Source: Pseudothermotoga sp. (lineage in GTDB: Bacteria; Thermotogota; Thermotogae; Thermotogales; DSM-5069). Taken from it: a DNA stretch of 64,000 nt. Numbering within the stretch: position 1 is the stretch's first letter; every line of letters begins with the position of its first letter. Shown here one piece after another: positions 31,623 through 41,326 of the stretch. The stretch lies in the NCBI GenBank assembly GCA_031962025.1, contig JAVRKW010000001.1. One strand, given 5' to 3'. The notes under the pieces were generated by a model. The model was not told the DNA's origin. It did not search any database and worked only from the letters and a program-made list of their open reading frames with translations. Made by a program: the position numbers and the translations under genes.

Positions 31623-32924
31623 TTGGTCAACAACAACGAACAAGAAAAGAACGAAAATGTTACTGTCAAAATTGATGATCTGGAGCGTATGACGATCAAA
31701 GAGCTGTACGATCTGGCTAAAAAGTACGATATTCCAAGGTACACAACTTTGAGAAAACGAGACCTTATCTTCTCCATACTCGAAGCTCAGGCGAAATCTC
31801 ATGGATTGTTTTTCGGTACCGGGGTCTTAGAGATCCTTTCAGATGGTTATGGGTTTCTCAGAAGTGGAGATAATCTATTGCCGAGTGCAAACGATATTTA
31901 CATATCACAATCTCAGATAAGAAAATTCAACCTGAACACAGGAGATATAATATCTGGCATTATCAGACCGCCGAAAGAAGGTGAAAAGTTTTTTGCCATG
32001 ATAAAAATTGAGGCTGTGAATTTCAGACCACCAGAGGCAACCAGTGAAAGGGTCAACTTTGAAAATTTAACTCCAGATTACCCAAAAGAAAGGTTCATAC
32101 TTGAGACATCAAGGGATATTCTTTCTACTCGATTGATTGATATTTTTGCGCCAACCGGTAAAGGTCAGCGCGGTATGATAGTCGCGCCGCCGAAGGCTGG
32201 TAAAACCACTTTACTCAAGGAAATAGCCAACGGTATAGCCATAAATCATCCTGAAACCCATAGAATTGTACTGTTGATAGATGAGCGACCAGAAGAAGTT
32301 ACAGATATACGCGAATCTGTAAATGCGCAGGTCATAGCAGCACCGTTTGATATGGCACCTGACAAGCAGATAAAAGTTGCAGAGCTGACACTTGAAATGG
32401 CAAAGAGATTGGTTGAATACGGGCATGATGTTGTCATATTGCTTGACAGTCTCACAAGGCTTGCAAGAGTGTACAACATACAGGTACCACCGAGCGGGAA
32501 ACTTTTGAGCGGTGGTGTTGATCCAGCGGCTCTTTACAAACCAAAACATTTTTTTGGAGCGGCTCGAAGCACAAGAGAAGGTGGGAGTCTGACAATCATC
32601 GCAACGGCGTTGATAGAAACTGGTTCCAAGATGGATGAAGTGATTTTCGAGGAATTCAAAGGCACCGGTAATATGGAGCTGGTTCTTTCAAGACAACTGG
32701 CTAATAAGAGAATCTTCCCGGCTATAAACCTTCAGCTTTCAGGTACTCGCAAAGAAGAACTGTTGCTCAGCGAAGATACACTCAAAAAAGTCTGGATACT
32801 GAGAAGAGTACTGAGTGGCATGACAGAAGAAGAAGGTCTGAATTTTATTTTAAGAAAACTTCAAGAGACAGAATCAAATGAAGATTTCCTTGCTCTTATC
32901 GACCAGCAAAAGGTAAAATATTAG
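31623..32924 (+). CDS. rho: Transcription termination factor Rho
   Basis: [25 protein letters not shown] and [10 protein letters not shown]. Confidence 0.99.
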   Translation: MVNNNEQEKNENVTVKIDDLERMTIKELYDLAKKYDIPRYTTLRKRDLIFSILEAQAKSHGLFFGTGVLEILSDGYGFLRSGDNLLPSANDIYISQSQIRKFNLNTGDIISGIIRPPKEGEKFFAMIKIEAVNFRPPEATSERVNFENLTPDYPKERFILETSRDILSTRLIDIFAPTGKGQRGMIVAPPKAGKTTLLKEIANGIAINHPETHRIVLLIDERPEEVTDIRESVNAQVIAAPFDMAPDKQIKVAELTLEMAKRLVEYGHDVVILLDSLTRLARVYNIQVPPSGKLLSGGVDPAALYKPKHFFGAARSTREGGSLTIIATALIETGSKMDEVIFEEFKGTGNMELVLSRQLANKRIFPAINLQLSGTRKEELLLSEDTLKKVWILRRVLSGMTEEEGLNFILRKLQETESNEDFLALIDQQKVKY

Positions 32925-32939
32925 ACGGAGGTAGAGACC

Positions 32940-33884
32940 TTGTACGTGATCGGAATAGACCTTGGAGGAACCAATTTTGCAGTTGGACTGGTTGATGAAA
33001 CCGGAAGGATCGTCGCTCGAAACCACGGTAAGACAAAGGTGGATGATGGTCCACAGGTTGTTGCCAAAAGACTGGCTGAGGCGGTTAACAGGATAAAAGA
33101 AGGTTCGCAAGTACTGGCTGTAGGTGTTGGCTCTCCTGGTAGCATAGATCATAAAAAAGGTGTTGTGAGATTTTCTCCCAACTTTCCTGGGTGGCATGAT
33201 TTTCCACTGGCTGAAGAGATCAAAAAATACACTGATCTGGAAGTTTTCGTAGAAAACGACGCGAATGCTTACGCACTTGGTGAGCACACTTTTGGAGTGG
33301 GAAGAGGTTATGATCATCTTGTCTGCCTTACCCTTGGAACAGGTATCGGTGGAGGAGTAATAACTCACGGGGTTCTTCTAAGAGGAAGCACGGGTATTGG
33401 TGCTGAATTGGGACACATGAATGTGCTTCCAAATGGTCCAAAGTGTGGCTGTGGTTCAAATGGATGTCTTGAAGCACTTGCCTCGGCAACTGCGATGAAG
33501 AGGTTTGTTCTTGATGGATACTCCAGACATACGGATTCTTCGCTCTTTAAGCAGAAAACACCCGATCAGGTAACACCGAAAGATATCTTTGAGCATGCAA
33601 AAATGGGTGATCAGTTTGCTCTGAGCATCTTTGATACAGTAGTCAGTGCTCTGGCTGTAGCTATTGGCAGTTTGGTGAACATATTCAATCCGCAACTGGT
33701 TGTTCTCGGTGGTGGCATAGCAAATGCCGGGGAATTTTTGCTCAACCCTGTTTTTGAGAGATCTAAGGATTATGTACTACCAACGATGCTGGGGACTTAC
33801 CAGATAAGGTTGAGCGAACTTGGTAAAGATGCTGGCATTCTCGGTGCGGCTTCGATCGTTATCGAGAGGATGAAAAAAGCTTGA
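32940..33884 (+). CDS. glk: ROK-family sugar kinase (glucokinase)
   Basis: GIDLGGT, ENDAN, LGTGIGGG and ELGH...CGCG..GCLE; no HTH domain. Confidence 0.85.
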   Translation: MYVIGIDLGGTNFAVGLVDETGRIVARNHGKTKVDDGPQVVAKRLAEAVNRIKEGSQVLAVGVGSPGSIDHKKGVVRFSPNFPGWHDFPLAEEIKKYTDLEVFVENDANAYALGEHTFGVGRGYDHLVCLTLGTGIGGGVITHGVLLRGSTGIGAELGHMNVLPNGPKCGCGSNGCLEALASATAMKRFVLDGYSRHTDSSLFKQKTPDQVTPKDIFEHAKMGDQFALSIFDTVVSALAVAIGSLVNIFNPQLVVLGGGIANAGEFLLNPVFERSKDYVLPTMLGTYQIRLSELGKDAGILGAASIVIERMKKA

Positions 33885-34354
33885 GAATCTTGCTCATTTC
33901 GGACCTGCACGTGCCTACTAAATTGCATAGCCTGCCAGATGAATTACTGCATATAGCCCAGCAAGTTGATGCAGTTATTGCCACAGGTGATTTTGTCGAT
34001 TTACAGACTGTTTTAACACTGCAGGCGTCGTCAAAAAATCTGTACGCTGTTCATGGTAACATGGATGATATAGATGTAAAAGAACATTTACCGTCAAAAA
34101 TGATGGTTCAGATTGAGTCGATGAAGGTGGGAATCTGTCACGGCTGGGGTTCTCCTTTATCGATACGTGATAGAATTCTCTCGGTTTTTGATGATAAGCC
34201 AGATATCATATTCTATGGTCATACTCATAAAACCGATGACTCTGTTTTAGAATCTGTGAGATTCATAAATCCCGGTTCTTTCTGTGATGATAAAAGTTTT
34301 GCATTGGTGGAAATATGTGGCAGTCAGTTGAAGATCCAGTTCAACAGATTATAG
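33881..34354 (+). CDS. YfcE/MJ0936-family metallophosphoesterase
   Basis: SDLH, GD, GNMD, HG, GHTH and NPGS motifs. Confidence 0.9.
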   Translation: MRILLISDLHVPTKLHSLPDELLHIAQQVDAVIATGDFVDLQTVLTLQASSKNLYAVHGNMDDIDVKEHLPSKMMVQIESMKVGICHGWGSPLSIRDRILSVFDDKPDIIFYGHTHKTDDSVLESVRFINPGSFCDDKSFALVEICGSQLKIQFNRL

Positions 34355-35298
34355 ATAAGATCTTGCTTGATATAAAAAACACTGTACACGGTAAGCTGCT
34401 GGTTGCCTTCTCCGGTGGTGAAGACAGTTCACTTGTTGCATACCTTTCCAAGCAAGCCCTTGGTAAAGACAGAGTAGTTCTTGTAAATGTCGATTGGGGT
34501 ACTTTCACCTACAAAACGGCAAAAGACGGTGTTGTTGAAATGGCTAAGGATCTTGGTCTTGAGCTGATTTTTGTGGATGGCCAGCACAGACAGTCTCAGA
34601 TATGGCGCCACGGACCAAGTTGCAATGCGTGTACTCGCTTTGCAAAACTTCAATCTGTGCTCGATGTGGATCACACGTCGTACGTTGCAACAGGTTCAAA
34701 CCTTTCAGATAGCTGGGGACAGAACGGAGTAAAGCTCAACGGCAGAGTTTATTCACCGTTGATCGATCTGGATAAGAAAACTATAAGGTTACTTCTTGAT
34801 CACCTCGGTATTCGACCAGTGAAGATAGGGGAGTCTTCTCAACGTGAAGGCTGTAAATTGAAACATCTTATGAAGATGATGACGAATCCTTCGTACCATG
34901 GCGAAGCTGTCAGCTCCTGTAACGAAACCCTGCTCTCTTTTCTCAACCAGATTAACTACAAACCGACACTGGCGAATGTAAAAATAATTGGTCCTCTTTC
35001 CAGAAATATCGCACTGGTAAATGTCTTACCGCATTTGGGTGAACAGGAATCAGATCAGGTCGTTCAAAGATTGAGAACCATTGATAAAGTAGATGAAATT
35101 CACGTGCTGAAAAAACCGGTTAAACTGAAAATCCTGGCAAATCCGGGTCTGTTCAACGACCCCGTGGCGAGATTGAGGGTTTTTCAGGGATTTATTCAAA
35201 GGGATTTTGCCGTCCCGGTTTGTGCTGAATGGTATAAATCTACCAATTCACGCCTGAGAACCTTCCAGGTAGTGGGTTTTGAGTATGACAATAGATGA
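34315..35298 (+). CDS. PP-loop ATP pyrophosphatase, LarE/ExsB-like, function unknown
   Basis: VAFSGGEDS PP-loop, CNAC, ATGSNLSD, SPL and a downstream EGC. Confidence 0.75.
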   Translation: MWQSVEDPVQQIIDKILLDIKNTVHGKLLVAFSGGEDSSLVAYLSKQALGKDRVVLVNVDWGTFTYKTAKDGVVEMAKDLGLELIFVDGQHRQSQIWRHGPSCNACTRFAKLQSVLDVDHTSYVATGSNLSDSWGQNGVKLNGRVYSPLIDLDKKTIRLLLDHLGIRPVKIGESSQREGCKLKHLMKMMTNPSYHGEAVSSCNETLLSFLNQINYKPTLANVKIIGPLSRNIALVNVLPHLGEQESDQVVQRLRTIDKVDEIHVLKKPVKLKILANPGLFNDPVARLRVFQGFIQRDFAVPVCAEWYKSTNSRLRTFQVVGFEYDNR

Positions 35299-38092
35299 GA
35301 TTTTTAAAAAAGCCGAAAAACCCATCTTGATAATAGTCCCAACCGAGCACGACGCACAATCACTGGCATCAGAACTGGGTGCAATGTATTTTCCTTCTCA
35401 CGACGTTTTCCCATTTGAAGAGATACCTGTTTCCATGCCGGTGAGAAAAAGTCGTATAGAAGTTCTCTGGAGATTGGCAAACGGTTCAAAGGATGTTATA
35501 GTCACAACACTTCATGCGATTAGCAGAAAAACGTTTTCTTGTGAGCAATTGAAGAGTTTTACAAGAATTTTGAGGATCGGGGACGAGTTTCGTGACTTTG
35601 AACAGTTCCTGTTTAAAACAGGTTACGAAAGGGCTTTTCTCGTAAGAGCACAGGGAGAATTTTCAGTTCGTGGTGATATTGTCGATTTTTTTGGACCTTC
35701 TTACGATAAACCGATTCGAATAGAACTTTTTGGCAACAGAATTGAGAGCATCAGATTCTTTGACGTGATTTCTCAACGCTCTGTTGAAACACTTCAAGAA
35801 GTTGTTTTATTGCCTGCCCGTGAGTATATCAGCGATGTTCATTCCTTTGATACTGTTCCTGGCAAGGCTGGTTCCAACTCCACCATCTTTGATTATGCTT
35901 CTTTCAACACCTTTATCGTTGATTTTGAAAGATGCCAGCAGGAATTCGCAAAAAGAGAAAGGGAAATCCGCGAGATTCTTGAGAAAGATCTGGTCGACGA
36001 GTATGTCGAGCACTCTCAGGTGAGCCTATCGGAGCTGGTCAAATTCATTGAAAGGTTCACCCCATTGGAGTTTGACCTCAAAACCCTGAAGCTAACGGCA
36101 AAGAGTTCTAAGGTGGAACAATTACCGATTCTGGATGAAGAAGAACTCAGTGTAGGTGATTATGTTGTTCATAAAGATTACGGTATAGGCGTTTATAAAG
36201 GTGTTGAAAGAGTTGAAAATCCGCTGGGTGTGAGAGAATACATCGTAATAAAATATGAAGATTCAACCATATATGTGCCTGTTGAAAGACTTGACAGGAT
36301 TCACAGATACATCGGAGACATTCAAAATGTGAAGATAGATAGATTGCAATCCAGAAGCTGGACGAAGCGCGTCGAAAGAGTCAGAGAGAATTTGAAAGAG
36401 AGGATCACCGAACTGATTAAAATATACACAAAAAGGCATCAGGCAAAGGGACTCAGGTTGACTGGTGACACAGAGCTTGAGAAGGCATTTGCACGAACTT
36501 TTCCATACGTGGAAACTCAGGATCAATCGGTGGCAATTGAGGAGGTGCTCAATGACCTGGCAAGCGATGAACCTATGGACAGGCTTTTATGCGGAGATGC
36601 CGGTTATGGAAAAACCGAGGTGGCACTGAGAGCGGCTTTTCGATGCGTTGTGTCTGGTAAACAGGTTGCAGTTTTGGTTCCAACAACTGTTCTGGCAAAG
36701 CAACATTACAGAGTTTTCAAAGAAAGAATGGAACCCTTTGCAATTTCGGTGCAGGTTATAGACCGGTCTGTGAGTAAATCTCAAAGAGACAGGATTTTTG
36801 AACAGTTGCGTGATGGTACCGTGGATGTCGTCATTGGCACCCATGTACTTTTATCTGAGAAAGTGAATTTCTCAGACCTTGGGCTTGTCATCATAGATGA
36901 GGAACAAAATTTTGGAGTGGAACAAAAAGAAAAATTCAAAAAACTACGGTTAAATGTAAATGTTTTATCTCTCAGCGCAACACCTATCCCAAGAACTCTT
37001 CACATGGCTCTTAGTGGAATGAAAGATATGAGTGTTCTTAACACACCACCGTTTGGTAGATTGCCGACCATCACCTACGTTGCAAGGTACAGCGAACAGC
37101 TTGTGAGAGCAGCGGTGCTCAGGGAGATCAACAGAGGTGGACAGGTTATATATGTACACAACAGGATACAGGATATATACGACGTGTATGAACGGTTGAA
37201 AAAAATTTTACCGCAGGTCAGGATCGTTGTTGCGCACGGTAGAATGAACTCCAAGAAACTTTCCATGGCAGTCAGGAGTTTCTATGAACATGAAGCTGAT
37301 GTCATTGTCTGTACGTCGATCTTAGAAAACGGAATCGATATTCCGAATGCAAATACACTCATTGTGGATGACTCACATCGATATGGTCTGGCTCAACTTT
37401 ACCAGCTCAGAGGCAGGGTTGGACGGAGCGATAAGCGTGCCTTTGCATACTTTTTGTACGATTCAGATCTGGAGGACTCCGCTGCCCGCAGGCTTCAAGT
37501 TATAAAACAGTTTTCAGGTCCTGGCAGTGGGCTGCAACTTGCGATAAAAGATATGCAGATGAGAGGTATAGGCTCTGTGTTCGGCTTTGAACAGCATGGA
37601 GTCATCAACGAAGTTGGTCTCAATCTCTATTTAGAAATCATGGGTGAACAGTTAAAGAAACTTAAAGGTGAATCGATTGTTGATGAATATGCTCATGTTG
37701 ATACAGAAATAGAAGGTATACCAGGAGAGCTGGTTATTCCTTCAGATTACATTGAAAATCCAATGGAACGCATGAGGATATACAGAAGGCTGGCATCCTG
37801 CAAAACTGTCCAGCAGGTTGATGATGTACTGTCCGAATTGAGAGATAGGTTTGGTGAATATCCACAGCAGGTGATTTTGCTTGCGGAGATTTTCAAACTC
37901 AGACTGATAGCATCTATAAAGGGAATAAAGAAGATAAGATATGAAGAAAACACCTTGCAAATTTTCAGTGAAAAACAGCTTAATATCAAAACCAACAAAA
38001 GATATCTCTACAACGAAAGATTCAAGGCGTACTTTTTCAATGACGTTGAACCTGAAGAGGTACTGAGTTTTGTGAAAAAACTACTTTTCTGA
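35285..38092 (+). CDS. mfd: Transcription-repair coupling factor Mfd (compact form)
   Basis: UvrB-like module (GEFSVRGDIVD), CarD/RID (GDYVVH..YGIG), GDAGYGKTE, DEEQ, QLRGRVGRS and C-terminal TRCF domain. Confidence 0.96.
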   Translation: MTIDEIFKKAEKPILIIVPTEHDAQSLASELGAMYFPSHDVFPFEEIPVSMPVRKSRIEVLWRLANGSKDVIVTTLHAISRKTFSCEQLKSFTRILRIGDEFRDFEQFLFKTGYERAFLVRAQGEFSVRGDIVDFFGPSYDKPIRIELFGNRIESIRFFDVISQRSVETLQEVVLLPAREYISDVHSFDTVPGKAGSNSTIFDYASFNTFIVDFERCQQEFAKREREIREILEKDLVDEYVEHSQVSLSELVKFIERFTPLEFDLKTLKLTAKSSKVEQLPILDEEELSVGDYVVHKDYGIGVYKGVERVENPLGVREYIVIKYEDSTIYVPVERLDRIHRYIGDIQNVKIDRLQSRSWTKRVERVRENLKERITELIKIYTKRHQAKGLRLTGDTELEKAFARTFPYVETQDQSVAIEEVLNDLASDEPMDRLLCGDAGYGKTEVALRAAFRCVVSGKQVAVLVPTTVLAKQHYRVFKERMEPFAISVQVIDRSVSKSQRDRIFEQLRDGTVDVVIGTHVLLSEKVNFSDLGLVIIDEEQNFGVEQKEKFKKLRLNVNVLSLSATPIPRTLHMALSGMKDMSVLNTPPFGRLPTITYVARYSEQLVRAAVLREINRGGQVIYVHNRIQDIYDVYERLKKILPQVRIVVAHGRMNSKKLSMAVRSFYEHEADVIVCTSILENGIDIPNANTLIVDDSHRYGLAQLYQLRGRVGRSDKRAFAYFLYDSDLEDSAARRLQVIKQFSGPGSGLQLAIKDMQMRGIGSVFGFEQHGVINEVGLNLYLEIMGEQLKKLKGESIVDEYAHVDTEIEGIPGELVIPSDYIENPMERMRIYRRLASCKTVQQVDDVLSELRDRFGEYPQQVILLAEIFKLRLIASIKGIKKIRYEENTLQIFSEKQLNIKTNKRYLYNERFKAYFFNDVEPEEVLSFVKKLLF

Positions 38093-38770
38093 AACCACCT
38101 GAAACAGGTACTCATCGGAGCTTTTAAACACAAACAGATCGACTCGTTTTGATTTCTTATCGGATAGTTCAAGCACAAGGTCTTTGTTCATTATCACATA
38201 TCTTCTGGCACTTTGTATTGGAACGGAGTGGTAATATCCAATGAACTCGAGTTTTTCCACTCTGTTTTTATAATGCATTAAAAAATTCTCCAAAGTTTTT
38301 AGCGCTTCGTCTGTTCTGGGAAAAGAAGATGGTTTGAACCTCATGATCTTCAAAATCGGAAGGTTTTTTTCTCTCACCTGTGCTTTCATGAGATGATATT
38401 GCTTGGACTCAACGTTAAAATGGAAATCTTCTGATTTTATCATCTGCTGAAAGGATTCTCTGTTATAGAACAAAGATACTGAAATTTTGGGATGTATTGT
38501 TCCTTCGTTTACCAGAATTGTCTTTGTGCAATCTGACGAATTGATCCGTACGTCTTGCTGGCTTTTTTGCAACGACTTGATCACCAATTCACTGTCAGGT
38601 GACTTTAATTGTTTTACCGAGCAAGAAAATGTATTGAATTTGTCGTTAACGTTTACCAGCACAGGTAGATTCTGGATAAATGGTGCAAATGACAGTGGCT
38701 GAATGTTGTTGACTTTAATGAGTCCAAATTCCATCTTCAAAGATTCAATCAACTGCCTGAAGATTTGCAT
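38081..38770 (-). CDS. Hypothetical protein, last gene of the motility cluster
   Basis: 229-aa ORF overlapping the end of the upstream ORF; no motif recognised. Confidence 0.65.
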   Translation of the reverse strand: MQIFRQLIESLKMEFGLIKVNNIQPLSFAPFIQNLPVLVNVNDKFNTFSCSVKQLKSPDSELVIKSLQKSQQDVRINSSDCTKTILVNEGTIHPKISVSLFYNRESFQQMIKSEDFHFNVESKQYHLMKAQVREKNLPILKIMRFKPSSFPRTDEALKTLENFLMHYKNRVEKLEFIGYYHSVPIQSARRYVIMNKDLVLELSDKKSKRVDLFVFKSSDEYLFQVVSEK

Positions 38771-39240
38771 ATGTATTCAAGTGCCTTTTGAAGTCTCTGG
38801 AAAGGTTCAAGAATATCGATTTCTTCAACAAGCTGTTTGAATCTTTCCAATTTTTCTTTTGAAATTTCCCTGTTTGAAGAAATACGAACGGCGCCTGATC
38901 CAAATGGAATAATGCATTCATCTGGACTTGGCTGTTCAATTTGCTCCTGAGATGGGACAGTCGGAATAACAAAGAAAACGTTTTCAGAAGCGTCCATCAA
39001 AATCGAAGTGTCGGTAAAGACTATTTCCGGTCTGTTTTCAACTTTTTTCAAAAGTGATTTTGCAATGACCTCTGTGTTCAAATAACTTTCCAGTGATTTG
39101 CCATACAAAATTCTCTGTAAAGGAGTTGGGGTTATTGGATCTGTATATTTGAACTCATGTGGTATGCCAGATTCGTCGATTATCAGCAAGCCTCCAACGT
39201 ATTTCTCATCCATTTTCTTAACCGATAGGTACCCTATCAC
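38749..39240 (-). CDS. Conserved-looking hypothetical protein
   Basis: GTGA start/stop overlap with the upstream gene; motif GGLLIID..GIP.EFKYTDP..PT.LQRILYG..L..YL. Confidence 0.75.
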   Translation of the reverse strand: MIGYLSVKKMDEKYVGGLLIIDESGIPHEFKYTDPITPTPLQRILYGKSLESYLNTEVIAKSLLKKVENRPEIVFTDTSILMDASENVFFVIPTVPSQEQIEQPSPDECIIPFGSGAVRISSNREISKEKLERFKQLVEEIDILEPFQRLQKALEYICKSSGS

Positions 39241-39533
39241 AGTCTCACATCCAGTATGAATCCTTTTTTCTCCTCTTTTTCAGGGTGTTGCCGTTTTTTA
39301 CCAAAATAATATCCTCCAGAGCCTCTTCCGCCTTCTTCAGTTGCTGTTTTCACGATTTTCTCCTCAATCCTGTTATCGGGGTTAACCATTTTCGTTTGTT
39401 GCTGTGACTTGATGATGATTTCCGATTTTGCCAGCTCACTTGCTGCTATCTGGGTGTTGATGCTCTGGGCGGCAGTTGAAGATATATCAGTTCCCTTCAC
39501 AATTAACGTCTGAAGATCGATTGGTGTTATCAT
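39237..39533 (-). CDS. Small hypothetical protein downstream of fliA
   Basis: MITPIDLQ N-terminus and C-terminal KGFILDVRL; SD GGGGGAG; overlaps the fliA end. Confidence 0.7.
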   Translation of the reverse strand: MITPIDLQTLIVKGTDISSTAAQSINTQIAASELAKSEIIIKSQQQTKMVNPDNRIEEKIVKTATEEGGRGSGGYYFGKKRQHPEKEEKKGFILDVRL

Positions 39534-40227
39534 TGTTCTCCCCCAGGATGTACCTTTTGATTTTCAAAAGTGCACTTGATAAAATCTGTGACACCCTTGA
39601 CTCACTCACCCCAATAATTAGACCGATTTCCTTCAAAGAAAGATCTTGCTCAAATCTCAGTGACAGCACCAACTGTTCTCGAGGTTGCAGCATTTTTATA
39701 GCTTGTGCCAGTTTTTCGGCGATGATTTCTTTGAAAGCAGATTGCGAAGGTTCATCCTGCTCACTCAAGTTATCGGCAAATGAATCGAAATCTTCATATA
39801 GGTATTCATCAAGCCTCAGCAATTGTTTTCTAACAGTCTCATCCAGTGCTCTTTTCACTTCATTGCTTGTTAAACCTGTGTGCAGAGCTATTTCCTCGAC
39901 AGTGGGATATCTGTTCAACCTGGATTCAAGTTCATAGGCTGCCTTTTCGACCTCTTTGACATTGTGCCTGAGGTTTCTTGGCATCCAGTCTATTCTTCTC
40001 AAATAATCGTACATTGCACCTTTAACCCTTTTTATGACAAAGGCGTGCAGGTTAGTACCTTTTTTCGGATCATACCTGCGAACAGCTGATAAAAGTGCTA
40101 AGACACCTTCCTGGACCAGATCGTCAAACTCCACATTTTTGGGCAAGTTGTGGAGCAAATCTGATGCTATTCTTTTCACGGCGGGCAACATCTCTTTTAT
40201 TATTTCTTCTTCACTGATCTTGTACAC
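39487..40227 (-). CDS. fliA: Flagellar sigma factor FliA/sigma-28 (FliA/WhiG family)
   Basis: DDLVQEG, GAMYDYLRRIDWMPR and region 4 LKEIG..GVSESRVSQI. Confidence 0.95.
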   Translation of the reverse strand: MYKISEEEIIKEMLPAVKRIASDLLHNLPKNVEFDDLVQEGVLALLSAVRRYDPKKGTNLHAFVIKRVKGAMYDYLRRIDWMPRNLRHNVKEVEKAAYELESRLNRYPTVEEIALHTGLTSNEVKRALDETVRKQLLRLDEYLYEDFDSFADNLSEQDEPSQSAFKEIIAEKLAQAIKMLQPREQLVLSLRFEQDLSLKEIGLIIGVSESRVSQILSSALLKIKRYILGENNDNTNRSSDVNCEGN

Positions 40228-40240
40228 ATGATCATCCTCT

Positions 40241-40723
40241 CTATATTTCGATGATCTGTACAGTTTCTCCTCCTCCCACCTTTCTCACCAGCAGTTTGCC
40301 GGTCTCGACATTGTACTCAATGCTCCTTGCTCTGTTACCACCTGTATCTTCACCTTTGAGTGGTATGCCGTAGTATTTGAGCCAGTACTTCACGGCATCC
40401 GCGTTTTTCTTGCCTATGTTCATGGCGTTTGACTCAAACATCGCAGCTCCACCAGCGATCTTAGCCTCGATTCTTGACTGAGAAGCCCCCATTTCAACGA
40501 GTTTTTCGATCAAATATTTAACCGCTGTATCTGCATATTTTCCCGGATTTTTAATGTCTTTATCCGGACTTTCCGGTAACATTACATGTGCCATCCCGCC
40601 TATGCGCGCAACAGGGTCTCTTACACAGACACCAACACAGGACCCCAATCCAAGTGTGACAATTATGGCTGGATTTTTCTCTATCGCGATTTCTCCAATT
40701 CCAATTATTGTTTTCTTAACCAT
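40241..40723 (-). CDS. cheD: Chemoreceptor glutamine deamidase CheD
   Basis: TLGLGSCVGV, GMAHVMLP, KYAD and GEDTGG. Confidence 0.96.
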   Translation of the reverse strand: MVKKTIIGIGEIAIEKNPAIIVTLGLGSCVGVCVRDPVARIGGMAHVMLPESPDKDIKNPGKYADTAVKYLIEKLVEMGASQSRIEAKIAGGAAMFESNAMNIGKKNADAVKYWLKYYGIPLKGEDTGGNRARSIEYNVETGKLLVRKVGGGETVQIIEI

Positions 40724-41325
40724 CAAAGTCCCACCTTCGAAAAGATTTTCTCCAAGCTTCCCTGCCTTGGTATCAAAAGCATCTGTGAAGTGGCAGATTT
40801 GATGTCTTCCACGCTCAATTCCGTTTCAACGAATATGGCATTGTCTTCATAATTTTCACTTGCCAGTATAGCTTCCGAGACGATTGCAACCAGCATATCT
40901 ATACTCAGCTCAGGTGGTAAAGGATCCAAGTAAAGCTGAGTGAACTCTGCAAGGGCTGTGATGTAAGAACCACACATGATATTGCCGATTTCTTTCAAAG
41001 CAGATACCGACATTTCATCGAGCTGTGTGATATCTTCACAGGGACTGCCAAGAAGATCTGTTAAAATTTTTTTTGCTGCATGTCTGTCTAAAATCAGCAG
41101 GATGTCAAACTGTGCATCTCCTTTCACAACCATCCTTATTCCTATCACGATATCCTCTGGTTGTGAAAACACGAATATGATTTTCTCTATCGGTACTGTT
41201 TCGACATTTGGCACAGTTATTTCAATTTTCTTTCCTGTGAGTGTTGATAGAGCAGTTGCGGCGTTACCTGTACCGATATTGCCAATCTCTTTAAGAAGAT
41301 CAAGCTGTCTATCATTTAACTGCAT
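40723..41325 (-). CDS. cheC: CheY-P phosphatase CheC
   Basis: Two KEIGNI motifs; ATG 41325 after GAGGAGG. Confidence 0.94.
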   Translation of the reverse strand: MQLNDRQLDLLKEIGNIGTGNAATALSTLTGKKIEITVPNVETVPIEKIIFVFSQPEDIVIGIRMVVKGDAQFDILLILDRHAAKKILTDLLGSPCEDITQLDEMSVSALKEIGNIMCGSYITALAEFTQLYLDPLPPELSIDMLVAIVSEAILASENYEDNAIFVETELSVEDIKSATSQMLLIPRQGSLEKIFSKVGL

Positions 41326-41326
41326 C

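Noticed and set aside
34351..34354. ATAG overlap as an alternative ATA start for the PP-loop gene
   Set aside because: A canonical ATG lies 36 nt upstream and there is no clear SD before the ATA; chance is likely.
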